Of a stretch of 64,000 bases of DNA, positions 59,096 to 64,000 are shown piece by piece. The notes beneath the pieces are model-generated. The model was given only the letters and a program-made list of their open reading frames with translations, did not search any database and was not told where the DNA came from. Source of the stretch: Tubulanus polymorphus (lineage: Eukaryota > Animalia > Nemertea); assembly GCF_964204645.1 (NCBI RefSeq), contig NC_134036.1:8887477-8951476 (forward strand), given 5' to 3'. Each line of letters starts with the position of its first letter. Position 1 is the stretch's first letter. The translations under genes and the position numbers were made by a program.

Positions 59096-60765
59096 CCACT
59101 GATTTAAAGTTTTATTCACATCGATTCACAGTAGGACATTTTTGTTTGAAAATTGGAAATTAATCAAGAAATGACTGCCCTTGAAAATCGTGTCAATGGA
59201 CCTATTAGTGTAAAATGGTTAATATGAACCGCAGCCTTTTAATCATTGAATATAAATATAGTCCCCTGCCCCCTTATCCCCCACCCCACGTAGTTATACA
59301 ACTTGAAACCGTATTTACTGTGGCCTGGTAACAGTGTGATATTCAGGTAGTGAAATTCGATTGTTATACAGCTGCAAATATATAATAAAACAGTTTGGAA
59401 AATCTAAATGTTCTTTTTACAAATTGTTGAATCTTTTCATTTTCGTTGGTCATTTTGTATACAACACACAAATACAAACAGTAGTTTATCAAAACTTTAT
59501 TGTAGCTGGACGAGAAATATTTCTGTATGAAAATCCGCTGTATAAATGAAGTCATGTAATCATTTATTAATCATTGATTCATAGTTTGATTGACTTCATA
59601 AAACTTAAATCCGCATCATCCGGTAACACTTCAGTAAAATACAATTACCGTTAATGTGTATAACACTCCAGAACTAAAAGACCTTGGAGCCATAGTTTGA
59701 TCTTGCGCCTTGCCTTCTTCACTTGTGGATGCGTGTCACGACCGGTAGGGTAGGTTTGTGTCCTCCACTCTGCCGATATCTTTCATATTCTATGAACCGT
59801 TACAATAACGGGTATTTTAACGACAAAACTCTTCGGCGTAGTTGTCGCTAGGGGAACTAGCTCCTATAAAACGATGATGAAAATCCGATAAAATATAATC
59901 ATAAATATCCATATAATATATAATGTTTTTCTTTTAATGTTCGTCTCAGAGAGATCCAAAATCCAGAATCTAATCATTGTATTACAGTACAATAATAAAG
60001 TGATAAAGTTTCGATATGAAAAAGAACATAACTCATAAGGCCTATGTATATATACGGTACAGCCTAGATAAAACTTCCCACAAAACGCGTTTAAACCGCG
60101 GTTAAAACAAGATTATTTTACACGCAGTTGCAACTTTGTTGCGCGCTTGTTCCAGGCGCGATTAAACGCGAGTGCGTATAAGACGCGCCTAAATCGCGTG
60201 TTAAAAGTCGCGACTATTTTGCCCTCTCGCGTTTAATCGCGATGAACAAATTATCAATTAAATTTTATTCAGTATCATCATACGTAAGTGCCACCTGCGG
60301 CAAGTGTAGTCGTCAATAATGTTCAATTCAATTCAAGGTCGTCGTTAAATCTTGTGGATCCGGAAATAAAATTTACAATCAAAGGTGGTATGATGGCAGA
60401 AATACGTAATATATGATATGAATTCATAGTGTTGTAGGAAACATATGTTAACCCTGACTATTTGTTACAACAACGGCTAATAAAAGCGGATCTGCAGTTT
60501 TACCAGCAGGTATCTACAGGTAAGGTAACTTTCACGTGTTGATGTTTTAGGACTGTTGCTTTTTTATGACATGTTGCGTTGGTTTCCTCATGATGTCGAT
60601 CGGATACTTTCACACACATCCGATTATAATATAAGGTTACCACCAAAATACCATGATGAGGTAACTAACTACGAAACAGGCTGCCTACACATTTATTTTT
60701 GTTTGTGATCAATACCATTTTAATATTTGATAGGGCCTCCTCGCTTGCCAGGGTTCGATGCCAAC

Positions 60766-62162
60766 TGTAACGGATTCCGTGGACACGGTAACCAAAATAG
60801 CTTCTCAGTAATATTTGGATTTCGCGGGGGACAAGCAACTCCTGCGCAGCTGTGCTTGTCCCGCCTCCACCCAACTTAGGCCTCACACACGGCCCGTATC
60901 CTCTCGGGGCGCCCCCTATCTCTTCGTGCCTCTTCACCGTTGGTGGGTACGTCCGGGTCCGCTCGTCCTCCTCTTGGAGGCGAGTAATTCAGCTGGAATC
61001 CTCTGCCGGACAAAATGTCGGTAGCGTGACTCCGGCCTCTCCTCAGCTGACCGGATTCCTCGTGTTCTACAAGTTAGACTACTTGCCTCTGACTCTCTTC
61101 CTCACTCCGATCAAGTCCACGATAACTCAAAGAAACGGCCCGATGCTAATTTTGAATTACTAACTAATATATATTTATTTGCAGCTATAAACGCCCGAAA
61201 TCCGATGCAAGCCTCGATTTAATTTCCAAACACTATTTACAATTACACAGTCGGTCATTCCGAACACGGTTACTATATACAAAAGGGCTCCCGCCCGGAC
61301 AACGCGGAGTCCGGGACAAACACGGCGTCAGGGGGAACAACCATGTCCGCCGGGGACAACGCGGCGTCCGCCGGGGACAACGCCGACCCTGAACATCAAT
61401 AACGGCAAATACTATTTACAACTAATTAGAGCGGTCCGGGTGCCCGCATGTGGACACGGGGACACGGACGGGCAGGTTCTTACATTATATATAATTACTG
61501 GTATGTGCAGTCAATACAAGAATTACGTAACGTTTTCTGCGGCGCTTGCAAGCTTTAAGTTGCACGGACAGTCCGAGTGAACGGTTTGTTATTGAATCTC
61601 GCGCTCCGCGTGCCTTTTATAGCCCGCGATTGTCCCCGCCGCGCTCTCATTGGCTGGAACAAAAGCCCGGACACGCGTGATTGGTTACGCGTGCCACGTG
61701 ACTTCGAGGTTGGCTGAGTTCCAGCGACAATGAGAGCGGAGCCGGGCAACCGCACGCCAGCTGCAAAAGGTCACGGCGGACACGAGAGATACAAAGAATA
61801 GTTTAAAATATCATCACAAAGGTAATATTATAATATACATGAGCGATAAATGTTCTTAAAGTAATAAATGAGTTTGAAAGGGTTCGAACCCCGCACTCGG
61901 AAGATATAAGTAATAATTACAAATCCAATTCAACCAGAAGGGTTAAAATGAATAAACGCAGACCCGGAACAACCGGTCGCGAAACATCGACCCAATTACA
62001 AAACACGGACATTTATAAAATGATACAACACGGTCTCGCCGAATAAATACAGTTAAAAGACAGGATAATATATTATAAGATAGGAGCAGAGCGGTGAAAT
62101 CCGGGAGAAGGTGATTTTAAATTTAGCGCCAATGTACGGCGAAATCCGCTAGTTTCGCTACA
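60766..62162 (-). repeat. ~1.4-kb LTR of a Gypsy-like element
   Basis: Termini TGTAACG...CGCTACA; minus-strand PPT GGGAGGGGGTGA directly before the LTR; minus-strand CCAAT boxes, TATAAAA (~61615-61621) and AATAAA (~61154). Confidence 0.75.
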
Positions 62163-62199
62163 TCACCCCCTCCCAGCTTTCACGCGCCCCGCGTGAAAA

Positions 62200-62420
62200 A
62201 TCGAATTTCTCGCGGACGGACAATCGTTCGACGTTTCGGCGATGACTGACGCTCATCGTAATATTCTAAATAGACGGACATTCGAATTACTCGCGGACGG
62301 ACAATCATTCGACGTTTTGACGATGACTGACGCTCATCGTTATTCTAAATAGACGGACATTCGAATTACTCGCGGACGGACAATCATTCGACGTTTTGAC
62401 GATGACTGACGCTCATCGTT
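62200..62420. repeat. Three ~80-bp tandem repeats in the element's 3' region
   Basis: TCGAATT.CTCGCGGACGGACAATC.TTCGACGTTT.G.CGATGACTGACGCTCATCGT x3. Confidence 0.9.
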
Positions 62421-63832
62421 CTTCCAGTACACACGCTATGCAGTCGATCGGCGCATCGTCGAACCCGAAAATAATCATGTCCCCTGTCTCGAGTGGATGG
62501 ACGTGAACTTCCGAAAACGGCTGCAATGAACTTCGTGCTGGTGGCGTCCAGGAAATCCCCGAAGCACGGGCCATCTTTTGGCAAAACGGGCATCGAACGG
62601 GCACTCCAGGAACTTCCCGGAAAGTAGCCGGGCGGCCATGGACGGTCGGGTGTACATGCGCGAGCACCCTTCTCGATTCTGGGTTGCATCTGTTCTCTTT
62701 CACCGGCCGCGGCTCGTCCGAACTGAGTATCGCCGGCTGTATAGGGCCGGGATATCGGCCTTCGGTATCGGCTTTTCGATCGTGGTCGGCACGTATGTTG
62801 GGGTCTGGTTCCCCCACCAATCCTGAAATTTCGAGCCGAGTATCTCTGGCGAATACGCGGGTACGTTTTCCGGCTCTCTCGGTCCTTTCTCCAAACGCTG
62901 TACTTCTTCTCTCCGTTTCTCTTCCAGCCTCTTTCTCTCTGTCTCTCTCTTCTCCCTTGCCTCCTCTTCCACCCTCCTCCGCTGTTCTACTGCCGCCTTG
63001 CGCGCCTCTTCCGATCTCTTCTTCTTTTCCAACTCATCTCTTTCCCTCGCGCGCCGACTAAGTTCCAGGCTCCTTTTTATCATAAGTTTTCTCCTTCTTC
63101 CATAACTTATTCTTTCGGCCAAACTTCTTCCGGGTTTTGCAGACGCGATATCTCCTGGTTTGCCGACGTTCGAGCTGCCGTCAGGGGTGATTTCAACGGT
63201 TGTAGTGTCTGCCGCGGTCAAATCGTCTTCTATTCTCTTGGTCCATTCTGTTCCATCTCCGGCTCCTCTCTCTTCGTTCGCTACGCTTTCCTCCTTCTCT
63301 TTGCTTTCAGTCTCTCCTTCTTTTTCTCTCTCTTCTATCTTCTTATTCTGTGTCGTCGCACCTTCACCCTTCCTCTTCTCTTTCTGCTTAATCTCGGTCG
63401 TTACACCTTCTTCCTTCCTCTCTTCTTTCTTCTTAATCTCTGCTGTTACACCTTCTTCCTTCCTCTCTTCTTTCTTCTTAATCTCTGCTGTTACACCTTC
63501 TTCCTTCCTCTCTACCTTTTTCTTCCTTCTCTTCTCTTCACGCACCGCACCTGTCAACTCCACCTTTCTCTTGTCCCCTGCGCACTCAATGCTGATCTCA
63601 GGCGGCTGGTCCCACCCCTCCTCCGCGATCTTTATTACGCACTGAGAAGTGCCATGGTGACGTCTGGCGTGGCGTCGTAGTGTGTCGCCCCGGTCACTGA
63701 TTCTGCCGCACTTCTTACATTCGTATTTTACGCCCTCGTGCGTCACCGCTTCGCATTTAGTTTCATGGCGCTTCAGGTTCTCCACTGAACGGAAATGGTC
63801 CCGACAACCACGACATATGAAATTTGACGACC
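62413..63832 (-). CDS. Extra ORF of the LTR element: C2HC/C2H2 zinc fingers, Glu/Lys repeats and a frameshifted Cys-rich C-terminus
   Basis: Acceptor tttttag at ~63833; CRGC...HETKC, CKKC...HARRH; KKKEERKEEGVTAEI repeats; frame 62413-62820 has CPFC...CIAC. Confidence 0.65.
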
Positions 63833-64000
63833 TAAAAATAAAAGAACAAAGAGCGATTGATTACTTTGCTGTTTTAAACAGTAGACAACGCCTACAAGTA
63901 GATATATTCTGGGCGTTAGCGTTTCGGGCAGGTACGGCCGCTGGTTTTGCGTCTACTCTCTGTATCTTCTGTCATCGTCAGTTTGTCTGTTACGGGCTCG

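Noticed and set aside
63160-63645. Hydrophobic Ser/Phe-rich plus-strand ORF
   Set aside because: Antisense shadow of the Glu/Lys-rich repeat ORF

Overview
AT-rich, intron-containing animal genomic DNA, probably a marine invertebrate (lophotrochozoan-like GPCRs; inferred, species not determinable). It is dominated by mobile elements. Host genes: (i) two paralogous three-exon genes absent from the ORF track, each encoding a signal peptide plus a ~26-29-aa inhibitor-cystine-knot (C-x6-C-x5-CC-x3-C-x4-C) toxin-like peptide with hypervariable loops (coding exons 1790-2416 and 15944-16891); (ii) two single-exon rhodopsin-family peptide-receptor-like GPCRs. Mobile DNA includes three decayed Polinton/Maverick (adintovirus-like) segments carrying pPolB, PC4-like, packaging ATPase, integrase-chromodomain and capsid genes; in one segment all six genes with a surviving start begin at a poxvirus-late-like TAAATG. 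A full-length but disrupted BEL/Pao LTR element sits within one arm of a large inverted repeat around a GPCR. A MULE-like element with a 9-bp TSD carries a USP Cys-box exon. A KDZ-type transposase gene is split by a 9.7-kb tandem-plus-inverted Penelope array that has one 12-bp TSD and five minimal hammerhead ribozymes. The window ends in a Gypsy-like LTR element with a spliced zinc-finger extra ORF. All calls come from manual reading and motif recall; no database searches were run.
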